Positions 30,677 to 41,836 of a stretch of DNA of 64,000 nt are shown piece after piece. The DNA lies in NCBI GenBank assembly GCA_965219085.1, contig OZ244720.1:2304001-2368000 (forward strand). The letters are read 5' to 3'. Position 1 is the stretch's first letter. Each line of letters starts with the position of its first letter. This stretch comes from Dehalococcoidia bacterium. Lineage in GTDB: Bacteria; Chloroflexota; Dehalococcoidia; UBA2979. The position numbers were made by a program, and so were the translations under genes. The notes below the pieces were generated by a model, which saw nothing but the letters and a program-made list of their open reading frames with translations, was not told the origin of the DNA and did not search any database.

Positions 30677-33532
30677 TCACGCTCTGACGTACGCCGATCG
30701 GCGCGGCAGGTTCTCGGTGTGCGTGCACGGCGGATCCGAGGTGTACTCGGTGCACCCAAGGAACTGGCCGTAGCGCCCGTACCGCGTGACCAGCACGCCG
30801 ACGCCGCACGTCCGGCACACCGTCGGCGGGCGGGCGCACGAGGCGTTGGTGCACCTCGCGCGGCCGTCGGCGGGGATGGCGTAGCCGGCGTTGCAGTTGG
30901 CGCACCTCGGGGCGAGGTGCCTGCACATCGGGTGGTTCGAGCAGCGCAGGTTCCTGCCGCTCTGCGAGGCGACCAACTTGCCGCCGAGACACCGAGGGCA
31001 CTCGGGCGCGTCGTCTCCGGGGAGCTCGCCGAGCTGGCGCAGATCGGCGCCGTCGCGCCGTAGCTCGGTGACGAACGCCGACGGAAGCTGCGGGTCGGTG
31101 ACGAGGTAGGCGCCGCGCCGCGCGCGCGTCATCGCGACGTAGAACAGGCGGCGCTCCTCGGCGTGCGGGAACCCCGTCGCCGCGCCCGAGGGGAGCACGA
31201 GGTCCAGCAGCGGGTCGTCCTCGACCTGTGACGGGAAGCCGCGACGCTCGTTCTTGAGGTCGAGCACCACGGCGTAGTCGGCCTCGCGGCCCTTCGCGCG
31301 GTGCACGGTGCTGAACTCGACGCGGAGAGGCGCGACGCCCGCCGGGGGGCGCGCGCTGTTCCGGTAGCGGCCGAGGACGAGCACGGAGGGCGAGTCGTGG
31401 CGGTCGGCCGCGGCGCGCTCCTTGATGTCCTGCAGCGCGCGCCAGAGGCCGCGGCCGGGATCGCCGTCGGCGACGATGGTGACACCGTCGTCGCGGTTCT
31501 CGCGAGCCGACCGCAGCGGGCGCTGCGTCTGCGCGGGGTTGCGCTGCACGAAGGCCGTCGAGGGCCGGAGGATGCCGTCGGCGAAGCGGAAGGTCTGGCT
31601 GAGCGTGCGCTGCCGCACGTGGCCGAGGTAGTCGCCGCAGTTGCGCACCAGCCCCACGTCGCTCCCGGCGAAGCGGTAGATCGACTGCCAGTCGTCGCCG
31701 ACGAGGAAGTACGCGGTGTCCGGCCCCTTCAGCGCTTCGATCAGTCGCATCCGTCCCGCGGAGATGTCCTGGAACTCGTCGACGAGGATGTGGCGGTACG
31801 ACGCCCGCCACGCACCCTCGCGTATGAGCGCGGCGGCGCGGTTGATGAGGTCGTGGAAGTCGACCGCGTTCTCCTCGGCGAGCATCGCCTCGTAGCGCTC
31901 GCGCACCTGCTCGAAGACGGCGAGGAAGCTCTCGCTGCGCCGCCGGTCCGAGGAGGCGCGGGCGCGCTCGCGCAACTCGGCGGGCGAGGCGCCGCTGGTC
32001 TTCACGTGGTGGAGGAACGTGGTGAGCAGGCGCGCCAGCCACGAGATCAGCCAGCGGCCGAGCCGTGCGATGACGGAGCGCATCGGGATCGGCTCGAACG
32101 CGACGCCCGCCGCCTCGAGCTGCTGCTGCAGCACGTCGCGGAGCACGCCATTGCGATGCTGCCAGCTGTACGTCTCGATGAGTCGCGTTCCGAGTTCCGC
32201 GTGGATGCGGCGCTTCCATTCGACCCCCTCGGTGTAGCGCTTCCACGTCGGGGGCGGCCGGCCGTTCTCGTCGAGCGCGAAGTGCTCGATGTAGATGTCG
32301 TGGGCAGGGAGGTAGAAGTCCGGCCGGTACTGGCTGTACTCCTGGGTCGCCGTCCGCTCCGGGAACTGCTGCTCGTAGCGGAACGCGACGCCGTGCAGGG
32401 TCAGGAAGTTCGCGATCTCCAGCTCCTCGACGCTCTTCACGAGGTCGCCGCTGAGCGTGCGCAACTCCGAGTTGCGCACGTACTCGTAGTACTCGCCGGC
32501 GCTATTGAAGCTGAACGGTGACCGGTACGGCGCGCGGTGATGCGCGACGAAGTCCGTGACGACGCCCGACTGCCGCGGGTCGCCCAGGAGGTCCCGGAGC
32601 GCCTCGTCGACGGCGCGTTGGAAGGCCGCGTCGTCCTGAGCGAGCCGGGAGATGGTCGGGGCCACGCTGGTGTCGGCGATGACGCGGCGGCCGAAGGCGT
32701 GGAACGTGAACACGTTGGTCGCCTTGAGGTCGGCGGGGAGCCGCTGGCGCACCTCTGCCGCGGCGGCGGCGTTGAACGCCAGCACGAGGATCTCGTCGGG
32801 TGGCACGCCCTCGTTGCGCACGAGGTGCGCGACCTTGCCGATGATTACCGCGGTCTTGCCCGTGCCGGCGCCCGCGAGGACGAGCGTGGCGTCCTCGTCG
32901 GTCGCGATGGCGAGCGCCTGCTCGTCGGTGAGCGCGACGCGGAGCGCCGTGCGGGCGGCGGCCTGCACGGCTGGGACTCGCTCCGCCGCGAAGCGCTCGT
33001 TCGCACGCTCGCGCGCGGCCTCGAACGCCCCGGCGGGTTCGAGCGGCGCGAGCCGGCGGAGGGCGTCGGCGGCGTGCGGCGGCAAGTGGTCGCGTGCGAA
33101 CGCCCCGTGGCACTCCCGCACCACCGAGGCGAGCTCCTCGTCGAGCGTGCCGACCGCGGATCGACGCGCGTAGCGGCCGCCGTCGAGGAACCGACGCAGC
33201 GCGGTGTCGACCCGCACCAACTCGGGACCGACGGTCGAGGCGCGGTGGGCGGCCGCCGCGCGCGCGGCTTCGACCACCGCCAGGGCCGACGGCTCATCGA
33301 GGCCCCCGATCGTGTGCCGGGCGCCGTCGGCGGTGCGGATCGTGAGCCTGTGCCAGAACCAGGAGCGGCGCACCTCGATCGCGTCGACAGAGCCGACGGG
33401 GATCGCCGTCGGGGTGCTCGCACCTGCGTTGACGCGCAGGGTCTCGCTGCTGATCGAGATGGCCGAGGGGCCGGGCTGCCAGAGGCGATAGAGCGAGGCA
33501 CTGCGGGCGCTCGCGCGTGGAGTCATTTCCAT
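30677..33532 (-). CDS. UvrD/HelD (helicase IV-like) SF1 helicase with inserted nuclease-like domain and C-terminal zinc ribbons
   Basis: AGAGTGKT; DEFQD; GDDWQSIYRF; STVHRAKGRE; EERRLFYVAMTRA; KS..E..IANFL and YRPDFYL...IEHF; CxxC repeats. Confidence 0.9.
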   Translation of the reverse strand: MEMTPRASARSASLYRLWQPGPSAISISSETLRVNAGASTPTAIPVGSVDAIEVRRSWFWHRLTIRTADGARHTIGGLDEPSALAVVEAARAAAAHRASTVGPELVRVDTALRRFLDGGRYARRSAVGTLDEELASVVRECHGAFARDHLPPHAADALRRLAPLEPAGAFEAARERANERFAAERVPAVQAAARTALRVALTDEQALAIATDEDATLVLAGAGTGKTAVIIGKVAHLVRNEGVPPDEILVLAFNAAAAAEVRQRLPADLKATNVFTFHAFGRRVIADTSVAPTISRLAQDDAAFQRAVDEALRDLLGDPRQSGVVTDFVAHHRAPYRSPFSFNSAGEYYEYVRNSELRTLSGDLVKSVEELEIANFLTLHGVAFRYEQQFPERTATQEYSQYRPDFYLPAHDIYIEHFALDENGRPPPTWKRYTEGVEWKRRIHAELGTRLIETYSWQHRNGVLRDVLQQQLEAAGVAFEPIPMRSVIARLGRWLISWLARLLTTFLHHVKTSGASPAELRERARASSDRRRSESFLAVFEQVRERYEAMLAEENAVDFHDLINRAAALIREGAWRASYRHILVDEFQDISAGRMRLIEALKGPDTAYFLVGDDWQSIYRFAGSDVGLVRNCGDYLGHVRQRTLSQTFRFADGILRPSTAFVQRNPAQTQRPLRSARENRDDGVTIVADGDPGRGLWRALQDIKERAAADRHDSPSVLVLGRYRNSARPPAGVAPLRVEFSTVHRAKGREADYAVVLDLKNERRGFPSQVEDDPLLDLVLPSGAATGFPHAEERRLFYVAMTRARRGAYLVTDPQLPSAFVTELRRDGADLRQLGELPGDDAPECPRCLGGKLVASQSGRNLRCSNHPMCRHLAPRCANCNAGYAIPADGRARCTNASCARPPTVCRTCGVGVLVTRYGRYGQFLGCTEYTSDPPCTHTENLPRRSAYVRA

Positions 33533-33638
33533 GCGCGTGATTATTCCAGAGATCGCGCATGTGATTGAGTGCCGACCGCACGACACACGGCCCCGGGGCG
33601 CGGGGGCCTCGGGCTGCTCGGGAGACGGGAGCGAGGCG

Positions 33639-34970
<1,332 letters not shown>

Positions 34971-35025
34971 TCATCGGCCGACGGCATGCCGCGGACAAGG
35001 CGGGCGGCGAGGGCTCGGCGCGAGG

Positions 35026-35937
35026 CTAGTTGGCGCGCGGGTGGGCCTGTTCGAAGACCTCGCGGAGGTGGCTGTCGGCGAGGCGCGTGTAGATCTGCGT
35101 CGTCGAGACGTTGGCGTGGCCGAGCAGCTCTTGCACGTCGCGGACGGAAGCGCCGCCCCGCAGCATGTGGGTGGCGAAGGAGTGGCGGAGGGTATGCGGC
35201 GTGACGCGGCTGCCGATCTCGGCGGCTTTCGCGTAGTTCTTGAGGATCATCCAGAAGCCTTGCCGCGTGAGCCGCTCCCCGCGCCGGTTCACGAACAGCG
35301 CCTCCTGCGGCCGGGCCTTGAGCAGCCTCGGGCGTGACTCGTCCAGATAGCGCTCCACGGCGTCCATCGCCTTGTCGTAGACGGGGATGGTGCGCTCGCG
35401 GTCGCCCTTGCCGATGCAGCGCACCGAACCGGGCCGCGGCGTGAGGTGCAGGCTGTCGAGGTTGAGCGAGACGAGCTCGGTGACGCGCATCCCGGTGGCG
35501 TACATCAACTCGAGCATGCTGGAGTCGCGGATCGCCTCGGGGGTGTCGGAGGTGAGGGGCTGCCGCAGGAGCGCGTCGATCTCCTGGGTGCTGAGCGGCT
35601 TGGGCGTGGCCTTGGGCGCGCGCGGCGAGTCGATCGAGGCGGTGGGGTTCTCGGTAAGGTCGCCGTGGTCGAGCAGATAGCCGCAAAACGACTTCACGGC
35701 CGCGACCTTGCGGGCGATGGTGGCCGGCGCGTAGCCGCGCTCGCCGAGCCAGCCGACGTAGCCGGTGATCAGGTCACGGTCGATGGAACTGGCCTTGGGG
35801 ACCTCGCCGTTGTCGGCGCGCTCGGTGGCGAAGGAGGCGAAGCGGGTCAGGTCGTTCCGGTAGGCGTCGATGGTGTTCCGGGAAGATCCGCGCTCGGCGG
35901 ACATGTAGTGCAGGAACGCGTCGATCCGATCCTCCAC
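35026..35937 (-). CDS. xerD: Site-specific tyrosine recombinase XerD
   Basis: YATGMRVTEL; GKGDRER; LTRQGFW; HTLRHSFATH; LLGHANVSTTQIY. Confidence 0.9.
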   Translation of the reverse strand: MEDRIDAFLHYMSAERGSSRNTIDAYRNDLTRFASFATERADNGEVPKASSIDRDLITGYVGWLGERGYAPATIARKVAAVKSFCGYLLDHGDLTENPTASIDSPRAPKATPKPLSTQEIDALLRQPLTSDTPEAIRDSSMLELMYATGMRVTELVSLNLDSLHLTPRPGSVRCIGKGDRERTIPVYDKAMDAVERYLDESRPRLLKARPQEALFVNRRGERLTRQGFWMILKNYAKAAEIGSRVTPHTLRHSFATHMLRGGASVRDVQELLGHANVSTTQIYTRLADSHLREVFEQAHPRAN

Positions 35938-36049
35938 CCGGGGCCCCCCACCACGCTCACCGGCTCGATCCTGCGCGGCGCGAGTATACAGGGACGTGAT
36001 CTCGGCTGGGGAAAATCGCGTCTGCCGCAAATCGGTTATTTCTCGATTG

Positions 36050-36754
36050 TCAAGCGGGTTTGCCGCCCTCGTCGGGAAATGCGCCCTCTCCAATCAGCGG
36101 CACGAAGCGGCAGCCGCCCAGCGATCTCCGCCGCAGCCGCTCGCCGCGCTTTGTGATCACGAGCAGCTCCTGCTCCGCCCGACGCCCCACCGGGATCACG
36201 AGGCGCCCGCCCTCCGCGAGCTGGTCGACGAGGGTCGTGGGCACCTCGGGCGCGGCGGCCGTCACCACGATCGCGTCGAACGGTCCGTCGTCCGGCGCGC
36301 CGAGGGCCGTACCGGCCGGCCGACAGCGCACGTTGCGAATCCCGAGGCGGCGCAGCGTCGCCCGCGCGCGGCGGAGCAGCGCGCCGACGCGCTCGACGGT
36401 GACGACCTCGCGCGCGAGGCGCGCGAGCACGGCCGCCTGGTAGCCGGATCCGGTACCGAGCTCGAGCACGCGCTCCTCGCCGTCGAGGGCGGCGGCCTCG
36501 GACATCATGGCCACGATCAGCGGCTGCGAGATCGTCTGCCCGCTACCGATCGGCAGCGCGCCGTCGTCGAAGGCGTGGCGTCGCAGGCCCGCCGGGACGA
36601 ACTCGTCCCGTGGTACGGCGCGCATCGCGTTCAAGACGCGCCGGTCGCGGACGTGGCGGCGGATGAAGCGCAGCATGCGCTCCTCGGCGCGGTCGCGCCC
36701 AGCGTCTGCCGGGCTGGGTCCTGCGCCGTTGCCGCCGCGCGTGCCGGGGGCCAT
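36050..36754 (-). CDS. pcm: Protein-L-isoaspartate O-methyltransferase
   Basis: GQTISQP; LELGTGSGYQAA; FDAIVVTAA; RFVPL. Confidence 0.94.
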   Translation of the reverse strand: MAPGTRGGNGAGPSPADAGRDRAEERMLRFIRRHVRDRRVLNAMRAVPRDEFVPAGLRRHAFDDGALPIGSGQTISQPLIVAMMSEAAALDGEERVLELGTGSGYQAAVLARLAREVVTVERVGALLRRARATLRRLGIRNVRCRPAGTALGAPDDGPFDAIVVTAAAPEVPTTLVDQLAEGGRLVIPVGRRAEQELLVITKRGERLRRRSLGGCRFVPLIGEGAFPDEGGKPA

Positions 36755-36773
36755 CGAGTCGGGTCCGGCGCCG

Positions 36774-38660
36774 CTACAGCGAGCGCTTGACGGTCTCCGC
36801 CAAGCGCGTGCTGAAGCCCTCGACCGCCGCGATGTCGTCGACGCTCGCCTGGCGCAGCGCCTTCACCGAGCCGAACGTGCGCAGCAGCGCGCGCTTGCGC
36901 TTCGGGCCGACGCCGGGGATGGCGTCTAGGGCCGAGCGGCGCGTCTGCTTGCCGCGCAGCGTGCGGTGGTAGGTGATGGCGAAGCGGTGCGCCTCGTCGC
37001 GCACGCGCTGGAGCAGGTAGAGCGCCTGTGACGTGCGAGGCAGCACGATCGGCTCGTCGACGTCGGCGACGAAGACCTCCTCCTCGCGCTTCGCCAGCCC
37101 GCACACCGGCACGTCCCCGAGCGCGAGGTCGCGCATCACGTCGAGCGCCGCGCCGAGCTGCCCCTTGCCGCCGTCGATGACGACGAGGTCGGGCGTGACG
37201 TCCCACGGGCTCGGCTCGTCCGGCTCCGGCGGCTCGTCTGCGGCAGGCGTGGCGTCCGCGGGCAGCGCCTTTGTCTCCTCGCGCGAGCGGGCGAGACGCC
37301 CGAAGCGCCGCGTCAGAACCTCGCGCATCGAGGCGAAGTCGTCCTGGCCCTCTACGGTCTTGATGCGAAAGCGCCGGTACTCCTGGTTGCGCGGGCTGCC
37401 GTCCTCGAACACCACCATCGACGCCACCGTGTTGGTGCCCTGGATGGTCGAGATGTCATAACACTCGATGCGTCGAGGCGGCTCCGGCAGGTCGAGCTCG
37501 TCCTGCAGCAGCGAGATCGCCGCAGCGGTCTTGTCGCGGTTGGCGAGCCAGCGCACGCGCTGCATCGCCAGCGCCTCGCGCGCGTTCTCCTCGGCGGTCG
37601 CCACCAGCGCGCGCAGCTCGCCGCGCTCCGGCACCGCGATGTCGACCGCGCGCCCGCGGCGCTCGCGCAGCGCCGCCCGCAGCTCCTCGCGGTCGGCGGG
37701 GGCGTGCGACAGCAGCACGGTGCGCGGGATGTACGTTGCCGACTCGAAGAACTGCGCGAGGAACGCGCCCAGCACCTCGGCGTCGGTCGCGTCGGTCGCG
37801 CCATCGAGGGTGAACGAGTCGGTGTCCGCGACCACGGTGCCACGCACGAAGAAGACGTGGACACACGCCTCGTCGCCCTCGCGCGCGAGCGCGAAGATGT
37901 CGGCGTCGAGCGACGAGGTGGTGGCCATGCGCTGGCGCTCGGTGACGCTGCGGATCGCGTCGGCCTGGTCGCGCAGGCGGGCGGCGCGCTCGAACTCGAG
38001 GGTGTCGGCGGCCGCGCGCATCTCCCCCTCGACGCCCTGCAGCACCTCGCTACTGCGGCCCTCGAGGAAGAGCAGCGTCTGGTCGATGACGCCTCGGTAC
38101 TCGTCCTCGGTGCAGTAGCTCGTGCACGGCGCGATGCAGCGCTTGATGTAGTAGTCGAGGCAGGGGCGGGGGTCGGTGCCGGTGATCTCCTTCGAGCACG
38201 ACCGCCACGGGAACAGCTTCTTGACCACGTCGAGCGTGCGCCGCACCGAGCCCGCCGAGGCGTACGGCCCGAAGTAGCGCGCACCATCCTGCTCGACGCG
38301 GCGGGTGATGGTGACGCGCGGCCAGTCGTGCTGGACATCGACCCTGAGGTATGGGTAGTGCTTGTCGTCCTTGAGCCGGACGTTGAAGACGGGCTGGTGG
38401 CGCTTGACGAGCGTCGCTTCGAGCATCAGCGCCTCGGCCTCGTTGGCGGTCACGACGTGGTCGAGCGTCTCGATCTGCTCGACGAGCGTGCGCACCTTCG
38501 GCTCGAGGCTGCGGCCGGAGCCGAAGTAGGAGCGGACGCGCGCGCGCAGGCGCTTGGCCTTGCCGACGTAGATCACCTCGGCGCGGGCGTTCTTCATAAT
38601 GTAGACGCCTGGGCGCTCGGGGAGGGCGCGCGCCTGGTGGAGCACGGTGGAGGAGGTCAT
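36774..38660 (-). CDS. uvrC: Excinuclease ABC subunit C
   Basis: PGVY...IYVGKAK; ECYDIS; DGGKGQ; RDEAHRFAI; HhH GVGPKR. Confidence 0.97.
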   Translation of the reverse strand: MTSSTVLHQARALPERPGVYIMKNARAEVIYVGKAKRLRARVRSYFGSGRSLEPKVRTLVEQIETLDHVVTANEAEALMLEATLVKRHQPVFNVRLKDDKHYPYLRVDVQHDWPRVTITRRVEQDGARYFGPYASAGSVRRTLDVVKKLFPWRSCSKEITGTDPRPCLDYYIKRCIAPCTSYCTEDEYRGVIDQTLLFLEGRSSEVLQGVEGEMRAAADTLEFERAARLRDQADAIRSVTERQRMATTSSLDADIFALAREGDEACVHVFFVRGTVVADTDSFTLDGATDATDAEVLGAFLAQFFESATYIPRTVLLSHAPADREELRAALRERRGRAVDIAVPERGELRALVATAEENAREALAMQRVRWLANRDKTAAAISLLQDELDLPEPPRRIECYDISTIQGTNTVASMVVFEDGSPRNQEYRRFRIKTVEGQDDFASMREVLTRRFGRLARSREETKALPADATPAADEPPEPDEPSPWDVTPDLVVIDGGKGQLGAALDVMRDLALGDVPVCGLAKREEEVFVADVDEPIVLPRTSQALYLLQRVRDEAHRFAITYHRTLRGKQTRRSALDAIPGVGPKRKRALLRTFGSVKALRQASVDDIAAVEGFSTRLAETVKRSL

Positions 38661-38748
38661 GCGTCCAGTGTAGCGCCGCGTGGAAGTAACCCCGCCGCTG
38701 CCGATGGCGGTGCGAGCCTGCTAGGCTGTCTTGTGTAGTGGGGCTGGC

Positions 38749-39534
38749 ATGACGGACAACGCCGCCGAGCGACCGTGGCTGCGGTTCCGCATCACGGGGA
38801 ACGATCCCGGCGGAGTGGATGTCCGCGCACTGGCGGACATCCTCGAGGAGTTGGCCCGCGCGACCCGCTTCATCGCGGACGAGCTGATCGGGCTCGGTCG
38901 CCCGCGCGGCGCGCTGAGCCAACTCGAGCGCTCTCTCGCCGCGTTTCGGGTGGTCTCGGTCTCGCTCGGGAGCCTCGATATGGCACTGGCGGCACCGCCG
39001 CTGGCGGCGACAGGAGACGAGGCCGGGCAAGAGGCCGACTCGCTCACGCCCGACATGGTGGCCGGGGCGCTCATCGAGGAGATCGAGGCGGTGTCGCGGG
39101 TCGAACTCAGCCCTCTGGGCGGGTACGAGCGAAGGCACGCCGTCGAACGCCTGATGTGCTCCGCAGCCCGAATCGGCGACTCAGTCGATGTGGCGCACTG
39201 CCCGGCTGAGGGCCGCGACATGCGAGCGCAGGTGCAGTTGACCCGGGCGGTATTGGTGACTGCCGGACTCACGTCGGCGCCGCGCGCCGACTCGAACCGG
39301 AACGCGGGGAAGCAAGTGGTGTGGCTGCGGCGGCAGTTGCACGTGCGCGACATCGAACGGCAGGGCGGCCTCGCCCACCCCCCCCAATCCATTGAGGAGT
39401 TGGCCCGCGAGCAGGGCTTGCTCGACAGGCCGCCCGCCGACTACCCGACGCTGCTCGCTGATCTGTGGGAGACCGAGGAGGAGGCGGCAGCTTTTCGCGA
39501 GGAGATCCGGAGAGGGCGTAGCGCCTCGCAGTGA
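38749..39534 (+). CDS. Hypothetical protein with antitoxin-like C-terminus, coupled to a PIN toxin
   Basis: GTGA overlap with the PIN gene; C-terminal SIEELAREQG...LWETEEEAAAFREEIRR. Confidence 0.55.
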   Translation: MTDNAAERPWLRFRITGNDPGGVDVRALADILEELARATRFIADELIGLGRPRGALSQLERSLAAFRVVSVSLGSLDMALAAPPLAATGDEAGQEADSLTPDMVAGALIEEIEAVSRVELSPLGGYERRHAVERLMCSAARIGDSVDVAHCPAEGRDMRAQVQLTRAVLVTAGLTSAPRADSNRNAGKQVVWLRRQLHVRDIERQGGLAHPPQSIEELAREQGLLDRPPADYPTLLADLWETEEEAAAFREEIRRGRSASQ

Positions 39535-39956
39535 CCACGGGACAGCCCCGCGACTTCGTGGTTGCTGACACATCGGTGCTTTCGTACTTCACACGCCGGG
39601 TGCCACCCGAGCCTGCGTATCGTGAGATGTTGGCGGGCCGGACCATCGGGCTCTCGTACTTCGTCCGCGCCGAATTAGAAGGCGCGACCTGGGATCCGCC
39701 GCAGCGTGACCGTCTGAATGCCGTGTACGAGGAGTGCATCAATCTTGCTCCGGGCACCGCGACTACGATCTGGTACAACAGGGGTCACGCCATGCGCAGC
39801 CAACTCAAACTGGCCCGGGACGTCGGTGACATGGATCTCTGGATCATCGCCTACGCGGCCGAGTACGCAGTCCCGTACATGTCGCACGATCGCAGGGCGT
39901 GTGAGATAGCCCGCGCCCTCGGCGTTGAGGTGCTCACAGCGCTCGGCCAGGCCTGA
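39531..39956 (+). CDS. PIN-domain (VapC-like) toxin
   Basis: VVADTSVLS; AEL; DLWIIAYA; SHD. Confidence 0.8.
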   Translation: MTTGQPRDFVVADTSVLSYFTRRVPPEPAYREMLAGRTIGLSYFVRAELEGATWDPPQRDRLNAVYEECINLAPGTATTIWYNRGHAMRSQLKLARDVGDMDLWIIAYAAEYAVPYMSHDRRACEIARALGVEVLTALGQA

Positions 39957-40096
39957 TCCCGCGCGCGAGTAGCGCGCGCGGTGACGTCGCGGCTCACACG
40001 TACGGAGGCACGAGCCGAGCGTGCGCGCCGTAGCACCGCCGTCGCCGCACGGGGTATCCTCGGTGTGCGACCCCGCGACTTCGCCGGAGGAATCGG

Positions 40097-40333
40097 ATGC
40101 CGGAGCAGTACAAGCTGCCGTACACCCTGAGAGCGCCATCCGAGGAGACCGAGGATATGTACCTGGCGGAGGTGCCCGTGCTCCCGGGTTGCCGGGCGTG
40201 GGGCGCGACCGCCGAAGAGGCTCTGCATAACCTCGAAGGCGTGGCTGCGGACTTCATCGCCTCCTGCGAGCAGCACGGTGATCCCCTTCCCGCAGCCATT
40301 GCCGAAGCCGGGGAGCTCGTAGTCGCCGTGTGA
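40097..40333 (+). CDS. hicB: HicB family antitoxin (short form)
   Basis: YLAEVPVLPGCRAWGATAEEAL. Confidence 0.88.
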   Translation: MPEQYKLPYTLRAPSEETEDMYLAEVPVLPGCRAWGATAEEALHNLEGVAADFIASCEQHGDPLPAAIAEAGELVVAV

Positions 40334-40539
40334 CCTATCGGGATCTGGCCCGCAAGCTGAGAGCCCTCGGCTGCGAGTTCGATCGCCAGTCGCGCGGCTC
40401 TCACGAAATCTGGCGTAATCCCGCCAACGGCGCGCGGACGACTGTCCCGAATTGGGGAGGCAAGGACCTGCGTACCGGGACGATCCGAGCGATCGTGCGG
40501 GATCTTCGCGTGGACACGAGGGCCTTCGACGAGGCCTGA
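40330..40539 (+). CDS. hicA: HicA family toxin
   Basis: KLRALGC...RGSHEIW.NP...TTVP...GTIRAI. Confidence 0.9.
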   Translation: MTYRDLARKLRALGCEFDRQSRGSHEIWRNPANGARTTVPNWGGKDLRTGTIRAIVRDLRVDTRAFDEA

Positions 40540-40611
40540 TCCCGCCCACCGCATCGCATTGACCGCGGCCGCGCCCCTCCATACGCTCGCCGGGCACGAG
40601 GAGGCCCCAGC

Positions 40612-41830
40612 GTGGACTTCGAGCCGGCATACACGCCCGAACAACGAGGCTTCCGCACCGAGGTGCGCGACTGGCTCGACGATCACGTCCCTCAGATCGA
40701 GGGCGATCAGGACTCGGACGAGAACTACCCGAAGTAGCGCCAGCTCGGCCGCGACCTCGGCGAGAAGGGCTGGCTCCGGCCCACCGCACCCACGGAGTAC
40801 GGCGGCGGCGGACTGACCATCGACCACGCCATCGTCCTCGCCGAGGAGATGGACCGGCACAACCTCAGCATGCCGCCGTACTACGACAGCGGCGGCAGCC
40901 TCGGCGGCGCCAGCATCCTCGTCTGGGGCAGCGAGGAGCAGAAGCGCCGGCTCCTGCCCCCGATCTTCCGCGGCGAGACCGTCACCTGGCAGCTCCTGAC
41001 CGGCCCCGAGGCAGGCTCCGACCTCGCCTCGACACAGACCGACGCCGTCCGCGACGCCGACGAGTACGTCATCAACGGCACCAAGATCTTCATCGGCGGC
41101 TCGCACGATGCCGACTCGTTCTGGACTATCGCGCGCACCGACCGCGATGCGCCGCGCCACCAGAACGTGAGCTGGTTCATGATCCCCGCCGACCTGCCCG
41201 GCATCACCGTCGATCGCATGTACCTGCTCGGCGATGGCGGCGAGGGCATCGGCAGCGGCTACAAGAACACGATCTACTTCGACAACGTGCGCGTCCCCAT
41301 CGAGAACCTCGTCGGCGGCGAGAACAACGGGTGGGCAGTCGCCAGGACGCACCTCGAACTCGAGCACGGCTCCGCGGGCGCATCGGCCGCAACGTGATGT
41401 TCGAGCGCACGCGTGAGCGGCTGCGCTCGCTGCCCTCGAACGGCTCGCACCCGCTCGACGATGCGGAGTCGCGCGGCCTCCTCGCCGACGTGTTCATGGA
41501 GACCGGAGTGCAGCGGCTGCTCGACCTGCGCAACTTCTGGATGAACCGCTCGCACGAGGAGATGAGCTACGAGGGCCCGCAGGCCTCGTACTTCCGCAAG
41601 ATGAGCAACCTCCGCGTCGCGCAGACACTGATGGAGCTGCTCGGCCCCTACACGCTGCTCGACGACACCGGGGAGTTCGACGACGCGCAGGGCTGGTTCG
41701 CCTCGTTCCAGCGCAACGCGATCGTGCAGCTGCACCCGGCGGGACGGCGGACATCCAGAAGGTGATCATGGCCCGCCGCATCGGCATCGGCCGCGAGGTG
41801 CGCGAGCGCGCCGGCAAGACCGTCGAGTAG
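40612..41830 (+). pseudogene. Acyl-CoA dehydrogenase, interrupted (in-frame TAG at 40735; frameshifts near 41378 and 41740)
   Basis: MDFEP...FRTEVRDWL; PEAGSDLAS; NGTKIF; FDNVRVP; GT.DIQK.IMARRIG when the frames are joined. Confidence 0.8.
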
Positions 41831-41836
41831 CCGGCC

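Noticed and set aside
35026-35937. xerD as the integrase of a mobile element or of the cassettes
   Set aside because: It has housekeeping XerD motifs in a core-gene context, and no dif-like sites were seen at cassette ends.
40735-40737. In-frame TAG as pyrrolysine or stop-codon recoding
   Set aside because: The same gene has two further frameshifts, TAG is used as a normal stop throughout the window, and no pyl genes are present.
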